The notes: a model not told the origin generated them from the sequence alone. Positions 36,459 through 46,312 are shown, counted from the stretch's first letter. The stretch: DNA of 64,000 nt from Oscillospiraceae bacterium (GCA_016295145.1 JAEDLR010000001.1:15753-79752); one strand, 5' to 3'. A program made the numbers and translations.

Positions 36459-37255
36459 AAGGGCTTCTGCTCTATCAGGCAGAGGATCTGCGCAAAAACC
36501 ATTGGTTTGCAAAGCAGTTATGCGATGCGGTACGATCCTATGGTCTGGAGTTGACAGTAGAAACCGTTGCGGGGCTTTCTGCTGCGTTTTCGGCAGATTT
36601 TATCATTAACCGCAGCCGTAATGCAGCCATCTCAAAGCAGTACGAGCGCCGTGGCGTGCGGTGCATTAATCGCCCGCTGATTACCGATATCACCAATGAT
36701 AAGTGGGAAACCCATTGTTTTTTGCAGCGGCACGGTTTGCCCGTGGCGCAGACCGTCCTTTGCTCCCATCAAACGCCGCCGCCCGCAGTCTACCCTGTGG
36801 TGTGCAAACCCCTTGATGGACATGGCGGTGCGGGGGTGCGGTTGGTGTGCAATGATGCGGAGTATCTTGCTGCCAAAGCATCGCTGCCCGGACAGTTTCT
36901 GGTGCAGCAGCCGATGGTACTTGGTTGGGATACACGCATTTATGTGCTAGGCGGTAAGCCTTACGCCGCCATGCTTCGTACTTCCCATGTAGATTTTCGC
37001 AGTAATTTTTCACTGGGGGGCGCAGCAAAGCCCGTCAAACCCGATGCTGCGCAGTGTGCGATTGTGGCAGAGGTCACAAGGCTTTTGCACCCCGATTTTG
37101 TCGGTGTAGACCTGCTGCGGCATCCAAAGGGCGGCTATGTCATCGGCGAGATTGAAGACGCGGTGGGGTGCAGAATGCTCTATCAGCACACGAAACTGGA
37201 TCCTGTACAGGATTTTGCGGCGCATATTGCATCCGAACTGCTGACGCATCCATAA
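36455..37255 (+). CDS. RimK-type ATP-grasp ligase, paralog 2
   Basis: GTG start overlaps the stop of paralog 1 (GTGA). DKWETHCFLQRHGLPVAQT, VVCKPLDGHGGAGV, DFRSNFSLGGAA, DFVGVDLL. Confidence 0.7.
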   Translation: MKGLLLYQAEDLRKNHWFAKQLCDAVRSYGLELTVETVAGLSAAFSADFIINRSRNAAISKQYERRGVRCINRPLITDITNDKWETHCFLQRHGLPVAQTVLCSHQTPPPAVYPVVCKPLDGHGGAGVRLVCNDAEYLAAKASLPGQFLVQQPMVLGWDTRIYVLGGKPYAAMLRTSHVDFRSNFSLGGAAKPVKPDAAQCAIVAEVTRLLHPDFVGVDLLRHPKGGYVIGEIEDAVGCRMLYQHTKLDPVQDFAAHIASELLTHP

Positions 37256-37362
37256 CACATCATGTATCACAGAGGGGAAGCCTTTTTGCGGTTTCCCCCT
37301 TGCATTATACTGTGGATACGCTATGATAGCGGTATACAGAAAGAAACACTTCGGAGGATACC

Positions 37363-39075
37363 ATGAACAGACGCTTTCTTGCGGTACTGCTTGCTGCAAC
37401 CCTTGCCTGCGGTGCCATGACTGCCTGCAGTGAAAACAGTTCCGTAAACGATGGGGGATTGGTGGAATCGGTGGTGCAGTACCGGCAGCTTACCGCTGTG
37501 GAGTTCACTGCAACCGATGTAAGAGCAAGCGATGAGAATTATCTCACTGCCCCCACAGAGTTGACCCTTTCTGCTCCTGACGGCGCAAGAATCTATTATA
37601 CGCTGGATGGCAGCAAGCCCGATGAAAACGATACGCTCTATGACCCTGCCAAGCCCATTCGGATGCAGGGCGAGACGGGCAGTCACTTTCCCACCTCGCT
37701 GGTTCTGCGTGCCAAGGCGTATTTTGCTGACGGTACGGAATCGGAAATTGTTACCCGTACTTTCTTCTGTGCCATGGATGTGGAGAGCCGCTACCGTCAT
37801 GTGATGTTTTCTATCAGCGGCGAGCCTGCCGAACTGTACGAAAAACCGGACGGTATCATGTACGGCGAGAATGTGAAGCAGCGCGGCAGAGAAAGTGAAC
37901 GGGAAGTCTATGTAGAGGCCATCAACCGTGATGGCAGCATTGTCTTTGAGCAAAATGCCGGCATCCGATTGTACGGTGCGGCATCACGCTTTTCTGCGCA
38001 AAAGTCATTTAAGCTGTTTGCCCGTAAGGAATATGACCCAGACTATGGAAAATTCCCACTGGATGTGTTCGGTACTGTGGGAGCGGACGGCAATGTGATC
38101 GACAAATATGATAAGCTTGTGCTGCGCAGCTTCGGGAACGATTATCAGTTTGGCTTCATTCGAGATGAGTTGAATCAGCGGTTGGCTGCACAGGCAGGTT
38201 ACACGGATTGCGAAGCAGTGGTGCCTGCGGTGATCTATCTCAACGGCAAATACTACGGTCTTGTGTATCTCCACGAAACGTTCTGCGATGATCTGTTCAA
38301 AGAGAAGTACGGCGGTGCCTTGGGCAAGTATGAGATACTGGAAGGCAAAGACACCGAGATGAATGTAGATGCGGATGATGCTGTCGCAGCAGCCATCGCG
38401 GAGGAATATAACACCCGTTACAACGCGTTTGCAGCCGCTGATCTCACCGACGATGCCGTTTATGCGGAGCTTTGCAAGTTTATGGATGTGGAAAATTACC
38501 TGCAAAATTTCGCGTTTAATATTTGCGTGAACAATAACGACTGGCCCCAGAACAATTTCAAGTGCTATCGCTATTTTGCTGCTGAGGGCGAGGAATACAC
38601 CGATGATACCCATCAGGACGGCAGATGGCGTTATCTGCTGCATGATATGGATTATTGCATGGGCCTGTACGAGCAGGACGAAACCCAGGCGGAATACAAT
38701 AATCTCAAGCACATTCTCACCGCGGGGGATGACCGTTATTCTCCCATGTTTGCCGGTTTGCTTGCCCGTGCGGATTGCCGTACATTCTTCTGCAATGAGA
38801 TGGAGCGTTTGATGCATGGTGTGCTTTCAGCGGAAAATATGCAGAATACCCTCGATGCAATGAGCACCGAACGCTTCTTTGAGATGCGCTATTATTACGA
38901 GCATATGGAGAACGAGAAAAAACACAATCAGGAAATCTGGACATGGTATGATAATCTTATGCCGCAGACTGCGTTGATTCGTCAGTTTATCACGCGTCGC
39001 AATGATTGCCTGGAGGAGTATCTTGCGGAGGCGATGGCTGTTTATGAGCCGGTGGAAACCACCGTTGCGCCGTAA
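37363..39075 (+). CDS. CotH-family protein, predicted lipoprotein, with an N-terminal chitobiase/Fn3-like module
   Basis: Lipobox signal MNRRFLAVLLAATLACGAMTAC. CotH-typical blocks: SFKLFARKEY, LVLRSFGNDYQFGFIRDEL, YLNGKYYGLVYLHE, NNDWPQNNFKCYRY, WRYLLHDMDYCMG. ATG follows GGAGGA. Confidence 0.75.
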   Translation: MNRRFLAVLLAATLACGAMTACSENSSVNDGGLVESVVQYRQLTAVEFTATDVRASDENYLTAPTELTLSAPDGARIYYTLDGSKPDENDTLYDPAKPIRMQGETGSHFPTSLVLRAKAYFADGTESEIVTRTFFCAMDVESRYRHVMFSISGEPAELYEKPDGIMYGENVKQRGRESEREVYVEAINRDGSIVFEQNAGIRLYGAASRFSAQKSFKLFARKEYDPDYGKFPLDVFGTVGADGNVIDKYDKLVLRSFGNDYQFGFIRDELNQRLAAQAGYTDCEAVVPAVIYLNGKYYGLVYLHETFCDDLFKEKYGGALGKYEILEGKDTEMNVDADDAVAAAIAEEYNTRYNAFAAADLTDDAVYAELCKFMDVENYLQNFAFNICVNNNDWPQNNFKCYRYFAAEGEEYTDDTHQDGRWRYLLHDMDYCMGLYEQDETQAEYNNLKHILTAGDDRYSPMFAGLLARADCRTFFCNEMERLMHGVLSAENMQNTLDAMSTERFFEMRYYYEHMENEKKHNQEIWTWYDNLMPQTALIRQFITRRNDCLEEYLAEAMAVYEPVETTVAP

Positions 39076-39114
39076 CATATCGCCCTGCGGAATATTTGTA
39101 TATTGATGTGCATT

Positions 39115-39150
39115 TCGGTCGAGCCTTAGAAAAGGTTCGGCCGAGTTTTG
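39115..39150 (+). terminator. Terminator after the CotH-family gene
   Basis: TCGGTCGAGCC (39115-39125) pairs with GGTTCGGCCGA (39134-39144), followed by GTTTTG. Confidence 0.7.
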
Positions 39151-39203
39151 CATTCTGGGGAGAAACGGTCATATCCCATCGGCAAAGTATGCGCGATTGA
39201 TGA

Positions 39204-39232
39204 TTGACTTTTTGCACGGAGCATGGTATAAT
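39204..39232 (+). promoter_or_regulatory. Consensus SigA promoter with extended -10
   Basis: TTGACT (39204-39209), 17-nt spacer ending TGG, TATAAT (39227-39232). Confidence 0.65.
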
Positions 39233-39268
39233 ATACAGTGATTCAGTATGTAAAAAGGAGCAAAAGCC

Positions 39269-39949
39269 ATGGCAAAAGAGAAGTTGCTGTTTGTAATAGA
39301 GGGGCTTGACGGCTGCGGAAAATCCACACAGTTGCCGCTTGTATCTGATGCGCTGGCGGCGCGGGGAATACCAAACCGTCCCATTAGCTATCCGGATTAC
39401 GAAAGCGAATCCTCTGCGTTGGTGCGACTGTATCTGCAGGGGGCGTTTGGCGGCAGCGCCGATGATGTCAACGCCTTTGCTGCATCCAGCTTCTATGCTG
39501 TTGACCGCTACGCTTCTTATATGCAATACTGGAAACAAGATTACGAAAACGGCAAGGCGATCCTTGCAGGGCGTTATGTCAGTTCCAATGCAATTTATCA
39601 GATGACAAAGCTTCCTCGTGAAGCGTGGGACGCTTATCTGGCATGGCTTGCCGATTACGAGTATGATAAGTTGGGTTTGCCGCGTCCCGATGCTGTTGTT
39701 TTTCTGGATATGCCTCTTGCGCTGTCACAGAAACTGCTGATGCAGCGATATGAGGGCGAAAACGACCGCAGGGATATCCATGAACGTGACCTGGCATATC
39801 TTGCAAATTGTCACGAAGCTGCCATGTATGCCGCCGAAAAAATGGGGTGGCATATTCTGCCCTGCGCCGATGAAAACGGGCTGTTGCCCCGTGAGGTAAT
39901 GACTTGGCGCATCGCCGATCTGCTGATGCAGATCGCACAAAACGCATAA
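39269..39949 (+). CDS. Thymidylate kinase family protein
   Basis: P-loop FVIEGLDGCGKSTQ and a DRY-type motif (AVDRYAS). SD AAGGAG lies upstream. Whether it is the housekeeping tmk is uncertain. Confidence 0.65.
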   Translation: MAKEKLLFVIEGLDGCGKSTQLPLVSDALAARGIPNRPISYPDYESESSALVRLYLQGAFGGSADDVNAFAASSFYAVDRYASYMQYWKQDYENGKAILAGRYVSSNAIYQMTKLPREAWDAYLAWLADYEYDKLGLPRPDAVVFLDMPLALSQKLLMQRYEGENDRRDIHERDLAYLANCHEAAMYAAEKMGWHILPCADENGLLPREVMTWRIADLLMQIAQNA

Positions 39950-39978
39950 CCGCTGTATACAGGAAAGGGAGAACACAG

Positions 39979-40524
39979 ATGATTTATGTATTTCTTGCGA
40001 AAGGCTTTGAAGAAGTAGAGGCACTGGCTCCGGTGGATTGCCTGCGTCGCGCAGGGAAACAGGTGAAAACGGTAGGCATTGGCGGAAAGGTGATTGAGGG
40101 TGCACACGGCATCTCTGTGACTGCCGACATCACCGAAGATGCTTTGGTGTTGGATCATACACTGGAGATGGTGGTGCTGCCCGGCGGTATGCCCGGTACT
40201 TTGAACTTAGGGCAGAGCGATACCGTAAAAAAAGCATTGCAATTTGCCAAAGAACAGGATAAGTGGATTACCGCCATTTGCGCGGCACCGTCTGTTCTGG
40301 GCAGAGAGGGTCTGCTGAAGGATAAAAAGGCTGTGGTGTATCCCGGCATGGAAAAAGAACTGCACTGTGCAAAGGTCGGGCATGAAACACTTTGCGTGGA
40401 TGGAAAGGTCATTACCGCAAAAGGTCCGGGCGTTGCCTTTGATTTCGCACTGAAATTGGTAGAGGTGCTGCTTGGTAAGGAAGTGCGCAAGTCCCTCGCC
40501 GAAAAAATGGTCTGCAAGAAATGA
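39979..40524 (+). CDS. DJ-1/PfpI (ThiJ) family protein
   Basis: MIYVFLAKGFEEVEALAPVDCLRRAG... and a nucleophile elbow AICAAP. ATG follows GGAAAGGGAG. Confidence 0.85.
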   Translation: MIYVFLAKGFEEVEALAPVDCLRRAGKQVKTVGIGGKVIEGAHGISVTADITEDALVLDHTLEMVVLPGGMPGTLNLGQSDTVKKALQFAKEQDKWITAICAAPSVLGREGLLKDKKAVVYPGMEKELHCAKVGHETLCVDGKVITAKGPGVAFDFALKLVEVLLGKEVRKSLAEKMVCKK

Positions 40525-41096
40525 ATGCCGCTTCGGTGAGCAAGGCTGCTTTGCGTGATGCAATGCTGCAAAAACGCAGGGCGATGCCTTTTGATATCCG
40601 TGCAGCAGCCGATGAAGCCATCGCAAAACGGGTGCTGCAAAGCCGCGAATATGCATCGGCAAGCAGGGTGTTTGCGTATGTTTCTATGCCTCATGAGGTG
40701 CATACCCGTTTTCTGCTGAGCGAGATCCTTGCAGACGGCAAGCAGCTTGCATTGCCCGTGTGCGATACCAATCGGCATACCATGCAGTTTTATTTGCTGC
40801 GCTCTATGGATGAGCTGAAAAGCGGCGCATATCGCATACCTGTGCCCCCCGTTGCGCCTGAACGCTGTGTGCAGCCCGATGCTGCCACACTGATGCTGCT
40901 GCCGATGCTCGCATTTGATGCCGAGGGATATCGTCTGGGCGCAGGGGGCGGCTACTATGACAGATATCTTTCGCTTTACCATCCCATTACCATGGGCTTG
41001 TGCTATGCAGATTGCTTTGTCAGCGCACTGCCGCGGAATGCATACGACCGCAGAATGCTCTGCTGCGCAACAGAACAAAGAATGGAGGTCTTTTAA
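40521..41096 (+). CDS. 5-formyltetrahydrofolate cyclo-ligase
   Basis: Family-typical length and the GYRLGAGGGYYDR motif. The start overlaps the upstream stop (ATGA). Confidence 0.85.
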   Translation: MNAASVSKAALRDAMLQKRRAMPFDIRAAADEAIAKRVLQSREYASASRVFAYVSMPHEVHTRFLLSEILADGKQLALPVCDTNRHTMQFYLLRSMDELKSGAYRIPVPPVAPERCVQPDAATLMLLPMLAFDAEGYRLGAGGGYYDRYLSLYHPITMGLCYADCFVSALPRNAYDRRMLCCATEQRMEVF

Positions 41097-42511
41097 TGGC
41101 TGAAAATACAGAAAAAGAACGGGATGCCGTCGATGATATTCTCAATGAGATTCTGCGGAACAATAAGCCTGAGGAGCAGGCACCCACATTGAGCGAATCT
41201 CTTGCGGACGAGGCGGAAGCCGCACCATACGCTGAGGAGGAAATCACCGCGGAGGATGTGGATGACGCCGATGATGCAGCATCCGATGCAGACGAGGACG
41301 CTAACGATGTAGATGATGATGACGACGAAGAGGATTATGACGAAATGCGCCGCCGCAGGGCAAAAAAGCGTGCCGCACGTTTCACAGGCGAAACTGCGAA
41401 AAAGCGCAAAAAGCGGCATAAAAAGGGCAGAGGTCTTTCCTTTTCGCTGTTGGCACTGACGCTGATTTTCGGTGTGTCGATCGTTTTGTCGGCAGCGATT
41501 CTGGCAACGGCAATGGAGCTATTCGGCATCAACAAGAGCATGGTGGAAAAGCCCGTAACAATCCCTGCCGGTGCTACCACCACCGACATCGCGGAGATAC
41601 TGAAAGAGGAGGGCATCATTCGTGTACCCAAGCTCTTTGTCATCATGTCGCGCCTGAATGAAGCGGACGCATCCTACATCGCAGGCGAGCATATTGTCTA
41701 CCCGGCAATGGGCTACGAGGCAATCATTGAGGAACTGTGCGATGATGCCATCAACAAGCGGCAAACCGTCAATGTGACCTTCCCGGAGGGAATGAACCTG
41801 TACGATGCGGCACAGCTGCTGGAGGAAAACGAGGTCTGTGATGCGGATGATTTCATTTTTTACTTCAATGCAGGCGGCTACGGCTATGCCTTTGAGAGCA
41901 TGGTGCCCCAGACCAGTGAGCTGAAATTCTACCGCATGGAGGGCTACCTGTTTCCCGATACCTACCAGTTCTATGTGGATGAAGAACCTGAGATTGTGGT
42001 GCAGAAAATCTACGAGAATTTTGAACGCAAGCTGACCGATGCAGATATCGCGCGCATGGAAGAACTGGGCATGACGCTGGATGAGCTTGTGACCCTTGCT
42101 TCTATTGTGCAGGCAGAGGCACCGGTTTCTTCCTCCATGAAAATGGTTGCGTCGGTGTTCCATAACCGTTTGAACAACAGCAGTTTGTTCCCGTTGCTGC
42201 AATCCGACCCTACCCGCGTGTATGTAGAAGATGTCATTGCGCCGAATCTGGATATTGCCAACCAGTTGATGTGCGATTCCTACAATACCTATGTGGGACA
42301 GGGTCTGCCGCCCGGTGCCATTAACAATCCCGGCAAAGACGCCATTGATGCTGTACTGTATCCTGCGGAGAGCGACTACTACTTCTTCTGTGCCAATGTG
42401 CAGACCGGTGAGATCTTTTACGCAAAAACCAATGCCGAGCACGAGGAGAATCTTGCGCTGATTAAACAGCAGCAGGAAGGCGGCGGTCTGGGCGATGACG
42501 GTGAGGGCTGA
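41096..42511 (+). CDS. mltG: Endolytic murein transglycosylase MltG (YceG-like) with a long acidic-then-basic N-terminal tail and one TM helix
   Basis: YceG domain blocks (FPEGMNLYD, LEGYLFPDTYQF, LASIVQAE, YNTY...GLPPGAINNPG). ATG 41096 follows GGAGG. Confidence 0.85.
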   Translation: MAENTEKERDAVDDILNEILRNNKPEEQAPTLSESLADEAEAAPYAEEEITAEDVDDADDAASDADEDANDVDDDDDEEDYDEMRRRRAKKRAARFTGETAKKRKKRHKKGRGLSFSLLALTLIFGVSIVLSAAILATAMELFGINKSMVEKPVTIPAGATTTDIAEILKEEGIIRVPKLFVIMSRLNEADASYIAGEHIVYPAMGYEAIIEELCDDAINKRQTVNVTFPEGMNLYDAAQLLEENEVCDADDFIFYFNAGGYGYAFESMVPQTSELKFYRMEGYLFPDTYQFYVDEEPEIVVQKIYENFERKLTDADIARMEELGMTLDELVTLASIVQAEAPVSSSMKMVASVFHNRLNNSSLFPLLQSDPTRVYVEDVIAPNLDIANQLMCDSYNTYVGQGLPPGAINNPGKDAIDAVLYPAESDYYFFCANVQTGEIFYAKTNAEHEENLALIKQQQEGGGLGDDGEG

Positions 42512-42515
42512 TATC

Positions 42516-43736
42516 ATGCCGGACAGACCCGAATTGCTTGCGCCTGCAGGGGATATGGAATGCTTTTCCATGGCACTGCAATATGGCGCGGATGCGATCT
42601 ATGTGGGCGCAAAAACTTTCGGAATGCGCGCCGCAGCCAAGAATTTTGATTTTGAAACGCTGCAACAGGCGGTGGCAAAAGCCCACGAAAAGGGCGTCAA
42701 GGTGTATCTGACCGTGAATGTGCTGCCCCGCTGCAGCGAAATGGATATCATGCCCGATTTTCTGCGCGAGGCGGCTGCCTGCGGCATTGACGCGGTCATC
42801 GCAGCCGACCTGGGGGTTATGACAACCCTGCGGCGCATTTTGCCCGATCTGCCGCTGCACGCATCCACACAGACGGGGGTTGTAAATTATGCCACGGCAC
42901 AGGCACTCTATGATATGGGTGCTGCCCGTGTGGTGCTTGCGCGGGAATTGCCACTGGAGGATATTGCGGAGATCCGCGCCAAAACCGACCCTGCACTGGA
43001 GTTGGAGGCGTTTGTACACGGTGCTATGTGCATGAGCGTTTCGGGACGCTGCCTGCTCTCGGAATACTTTACGGGCAGAGATGCCAACCGCGGTGCCTGT
43101 GCGCAATCCTGCCGCTGGCGGTATCATCTGGTGGAGGAGAAGCGTCCGGGCCAGTATTTCCCCATTGATGAGGACGAAAACGGCAGCTATATTCTCAATG
43201 CCAAAGATCTCTGCATGATGCCCCATCTGCAAAAGCTGTATGATGCAGGTGTCACATCGTTTAAGATCGAGGGCAGGGCGAAATCGTTTTATTATGTGGC
43301 AGGCATCACCAATGCCTACCGCGCTGCGATGGATGCCATGTTTGCTGATGTACCGCAGCCTGTGCCCGATTGGGCAATGGCTGAGCTGGAAGCGGTCAGC
43401 CATCGCCCTTACACAACAGGATTCTATTTTGGGAGACCCAATGACAGTATTCACAACGCGACCGCAAGCTATGTGCGCACCACGGAGGTCATTGGCGTTG
43501 TGCAAAAATGCGAAAACGGCAGACTGTATCTTTCACAGCGCAACCGCTTTTTTGCAGGGGATGCTGTTTCTCTGCTGTGCCCCCATGAACCGCCGCGCAG
43601 TTTTACCGTCACTGATTTGCGCAATGCGGAGGGAGAACCCATTGAGGCTGCCAATCATGCCATGATGGATTGCTCTGTTGCCTGCGATATTTCCGTGCCA
43701 AGCGGCGCGATTCTGCGTAAGGCTGCCGTGGACTGA
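42516..43736 (+). CDS. Peptidase U32 family protein
   Basis: ELLAPAGD...ALQYGADAIYVG and a central Cys-rich block (GAMCMSVSGRCLLS...CAQSCRW). Lies downstream of mltG as in the B. subtilis yrrL..yrrN/yrrO region. Confidence 0.85.
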   Translation: MPDRPELLAPAGDMECFSMALQYGADAIYVGAKTFGMRAAAKNFDFETLQQAVAKAHEKGVKVYLTVNVLPRCSEMDIMPDFLREAAACGIDAVIAADLGVMTTLRRILPDLPLHASTQTGVVNYATAQALYDMGAARVVLARELPLEDIAEIRAKTDPALELEAFVHGAMCMSVSGRCLLSEYFTGRDANRGACAQSCRWRYHLVEEKRPGQYFPIDEDENGSYILNAKDLCMMPHLQKLYDAGVTSFKIEGRAKSFYYVAGITNAYRAAMDAMFADVPQPVPDWAMAELEAVSHRPYTTGFYFGRPNDSIHNATASYVRTTEVIGVVQKCENGRLYLSQRNRFFAGDAVSLLCPHEPPRSFTVTDLRNAEGEPIEAANHAMMDCSVACDISVPSGAILRKAAVD

Positions 43737-43775
43737 GACCTGAACCACACAACAAAGAAAAGGAATAATAAAGCC

Positions 43776-45638
43776 ATGCTGTTTGAGAAAATCGAGCCGT
43801 TGTTGCTGAATGTGCAAAAGCCTGCCAGATATATCGGCGGCGAGCCGGGCAGCATCATGAAGGATAAGCGCGATGTCAAAGTGCGCTTTGCTTTCTGCTT
43901 CCCTGACCGTTACGATGTCGGCATGAGCCATCTGGGCATGAAGATTCTCTATTCGGCGATCAATCATCGCCCCGAATACTGGTGTGAGCGCGTGTTTGCA
44001 CCGGATGTGGATTTTGAATCCGCCATGCGTGCCCATGGCATCCCTTTGTATGCGCTGGAAAGTCTGGAGCCGATCAAGGATTTTGATTTCATCGGCTTTA
44101 CGCTGCAATATGAGCTTTGCTACACCAATATCCTCAATATGCTGGATCTGGCGGGTGTACCGCTCATGCAAAAAGATCGTGGCGAAAACATCGCGCCCAT
44201 TGTATGTGCAGGTGGTTCCTGTGCGTGCAATCCCGAACCCATCGCCGATTTCTTCGATTTGTTTTTCATTGGCGAGGGCGAGGAACTGGATCTGGAGGTC
44301 ATGGATCTCTATGAAAAAATGCGCGCCGAGGGTGCTACACGCAGTGAATTTCTGCGTGCGGCTGCCGGAATTGAGGGCGTATATGTGCCATCCCTTTACG
44401 ATGTGACATACCACGAAGATGGCACCATTGCGGCTTTTACCCCAAAGGGCGATGCGCCCAAAACCGTCCGCAAGCGCATTATTGCGGACTTTGACAAGGC
44501 GGATGTGCCGGAGGAGTTTGTAGTCCCCTTTGCGGAGATCGTACACGACCGTGCCGTTACAGAGGTGCTGCGCGGCTGTATCCGCGGCTGCCGCTTCTGT
44601 CAGGCAGGATTTTTGTATCGTCCCTTCCGTGAAAAATCGCCGGAAGTGATCTGCAAGCAGTCCAAAACGCTCTGCGACCGCACGGGCTACGAGGAACTTT
44701 CGCTTTGTTCGCTTTCCACTTCCGACCATTCGCAGATCGAGGCAATGCTGGACGGTCTGCTGACCTTTACCGAGCAGGAACATATCAACCTGAGCTTGCC
44801 CTCGCTGCGTGTGGATAATTTCAGCACGGGCCTGATGAATCGCATCCGTAAGGTGCGCAACAGTGGCTTGACCTTTGCCCCCGAAGCCGGTACACAGCGC
44901 CTGCGGGATGTGATCAACAAGAATGTGACAGAGGAAGACCTCATGCGCACCTGTAAGATCGCGTTTGCAGGAGGACAAGCCACCGTAAAGCTTTATTTTA
45001 TGATGGGACTGCCCACTGAAACCGATGAGGATATCACCGCGATTGTAGATCTTGCACAACGGGTGGTGGATATGTGGTTTTCGATGGACGAGCGACCCAA
45101 GGGCAAATCCGTGCAGATTTCTGTAAGCGTGGCGACTTTTGTGCCCAAGCCCTTTACGCCGTTCCAATTCCATCCCCAGGATACCGTTGCCATGATCGCC
45201 CACAAGCAGCATCTGCTGGAGGAGGCTGCCAAGGGGCACAAGCGCATCCGTGTCAGTTGGCACGCCCCCGAAACAAGCATTCTGGAGGCGGTTCTGGCAA
45301 GAGGAGACCGCCGGCTGGGCAAAGTGATTCTGGACGCATGGAAAAAAGGCTGCCTGTTTGATGCGTGGTCAGAGCATTTCCGCTTTGATCTGTGGCAGGA
45401 AGCCATGACGGAGAACCATCTGACCATGGAGTTTTACGCCAATCGTCCACGCAGCTACGATGAGATCCTGCCGTGGGATCACCTGGATTATTATGTAGAC
45501 AAGGCGTTCTTCATCAAAGAAAACGAAAAGGCAATTGCAGCATCTACCACGCCCCATTGTCGTATGCAATGTACTGCCTGCGGCGTGAGCAGGGTCATGG
45601 GCAAGCCGTGTTTCCCCAAAAAGGAGGAGAATGTATGA
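43776..45638 (+). CDS. B12-binding-domain radical SAM protein, TIGR03960-like
   Basis: N-terminus MLFEKIEPLLLNVQKPARYIGGE and radical SAM cluster CIRGCRFCQAG. About 620 aa. Confidence 0.8.
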   Translation: MLFEKIEPLLLNVQKPARYIGGEPGSIMKDKRDVKVRFAFCFPDRYDVGMSHLGMKILYSAINHRPEYWCERVFAPDVDFESAMRAHGIPLYALESLEPIKDFDFIGFTLQYELCYTNILNMLDLAGVPLMQKDRGENIAPIVCAGGSCACNPEPIADFFDLFFIGEGEELDLEVMDLYEKMRAEGATRSEFLRAAAGIEGVYVPSLYDVTYHEDGTIAAFTPKGDAPKTVRKRIIADFDKADVPEEFVVPFAEIVHDRAVTEVLRGCIRGCRFCQAGFLYRPFREKSPEVICKQSKTLCDRTGYEELSLCSLSTSDHSQIEAMLDGLLTFTEQEHINLSLPSLRVDNFSTGLMNRIRKVRNSGLTFAPEAGTQRLRDVINKNVTEEDLMRTCKIAFAGGQATVKLYFMMGLPTETDEDITAIVDLAQRVVDMWFSMDERPKGKSVQISVSVATFVPKPFTPFQFHPQDTVAMIAHKQHLLEEAAKGHKRIRVSWHAPETSILEAVLARGDRRLGKVILDAWKKGCLFDAWSEHFRFDLWQEAMTENHLTMEFYANRPRSYDEILPWDHLDYYVDKAFFIKENEKAIAASTTPHCRMQCTACGVSRVMGKPCFPKKEENV

Positions 45639-46312
45639 TTTCCGTGCGTGCTACCTTTGCGAAACGGCGCAGAGCAAAGTACATCTCCCACTTGGATCTG
45701 ATGCGCTGTATGCAGCGTGCATTCCGCCGTGCCGGCGTGCCCGTCTGGTTTACGGAGGGCTTTAACCCCCACGCGTATCTGATGTTTCCCCTTGCGCTTT
45801 CTCTGGGCTATGAGAGCGACTGCGAGTGTATGGATTTCCGCATTGATGGGCAAATGTCCATGCAGACCGCCATGCGGCGGCTCAATGCGGTGCTGCCCCC
45901 TGATTTGCAGATCGTGAAAGTGGCGGAGCCTGTGCGCAAGCATACCGATATTGCCTTTGCCGACTACAGTATCTGTCTGGATTGCGCAGAGGGTACTTCT
46001 GCCCATGGGCTGCGCGCTGCATGGGATGCCTACATTGCGCAGGATACCATACCCATTGTGAAGAAAACCAAGCGCGGCACGGCTACCATTGATCTGAAAG
46101 CGCAGGCACAGATTTTGATGACGCAAACCCTCGATGACGGCTTGTGGCTGAAGCTGAGAATGCCTGCCGGTACTTCCGTGAATGTAAATCCCGGGCTGCT
46201 CATTGACAGCTTCCGCAGCGCTCTGGAGCAGAATCACCCTGGGGTGCAGTGCGGCATGATGCGTGCTTCCCGACTGGCAATTCTGTGTGCTGACGGCAGC
46301 GAGTTCGTTTGA
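45635..46312 (+). CDS. Radical-SAM-associated DUF2344/TIGR03936-like protein
   Basis: RATFAKRRRAKYISHLDLMRCMQRAFRRAGVPVWFTEGFNPH is family-typical. The start overlaps the upstream stop (ATGA). Confidence 0.8.
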   Translation: MISVRATFAKRRRAKYISHLDLMRCMQRAFRRAGVPVWFTEGFNPHAYLMFPLALSLGYESDCECMDFRIDGQMSMQTAMRRLNAVLPPDLQIVKVAEPVRKHTDIAFADYSICLDCAEGTSAHGLRAAWDAYIAQDTIPIVKKTKRGTATIDLKAQAQILMTQTLDDGLWLKLRMPAGTSVNVNPGLLIDSFRSALEQNHPGVQCGMMRASRLAILCADGSEFV

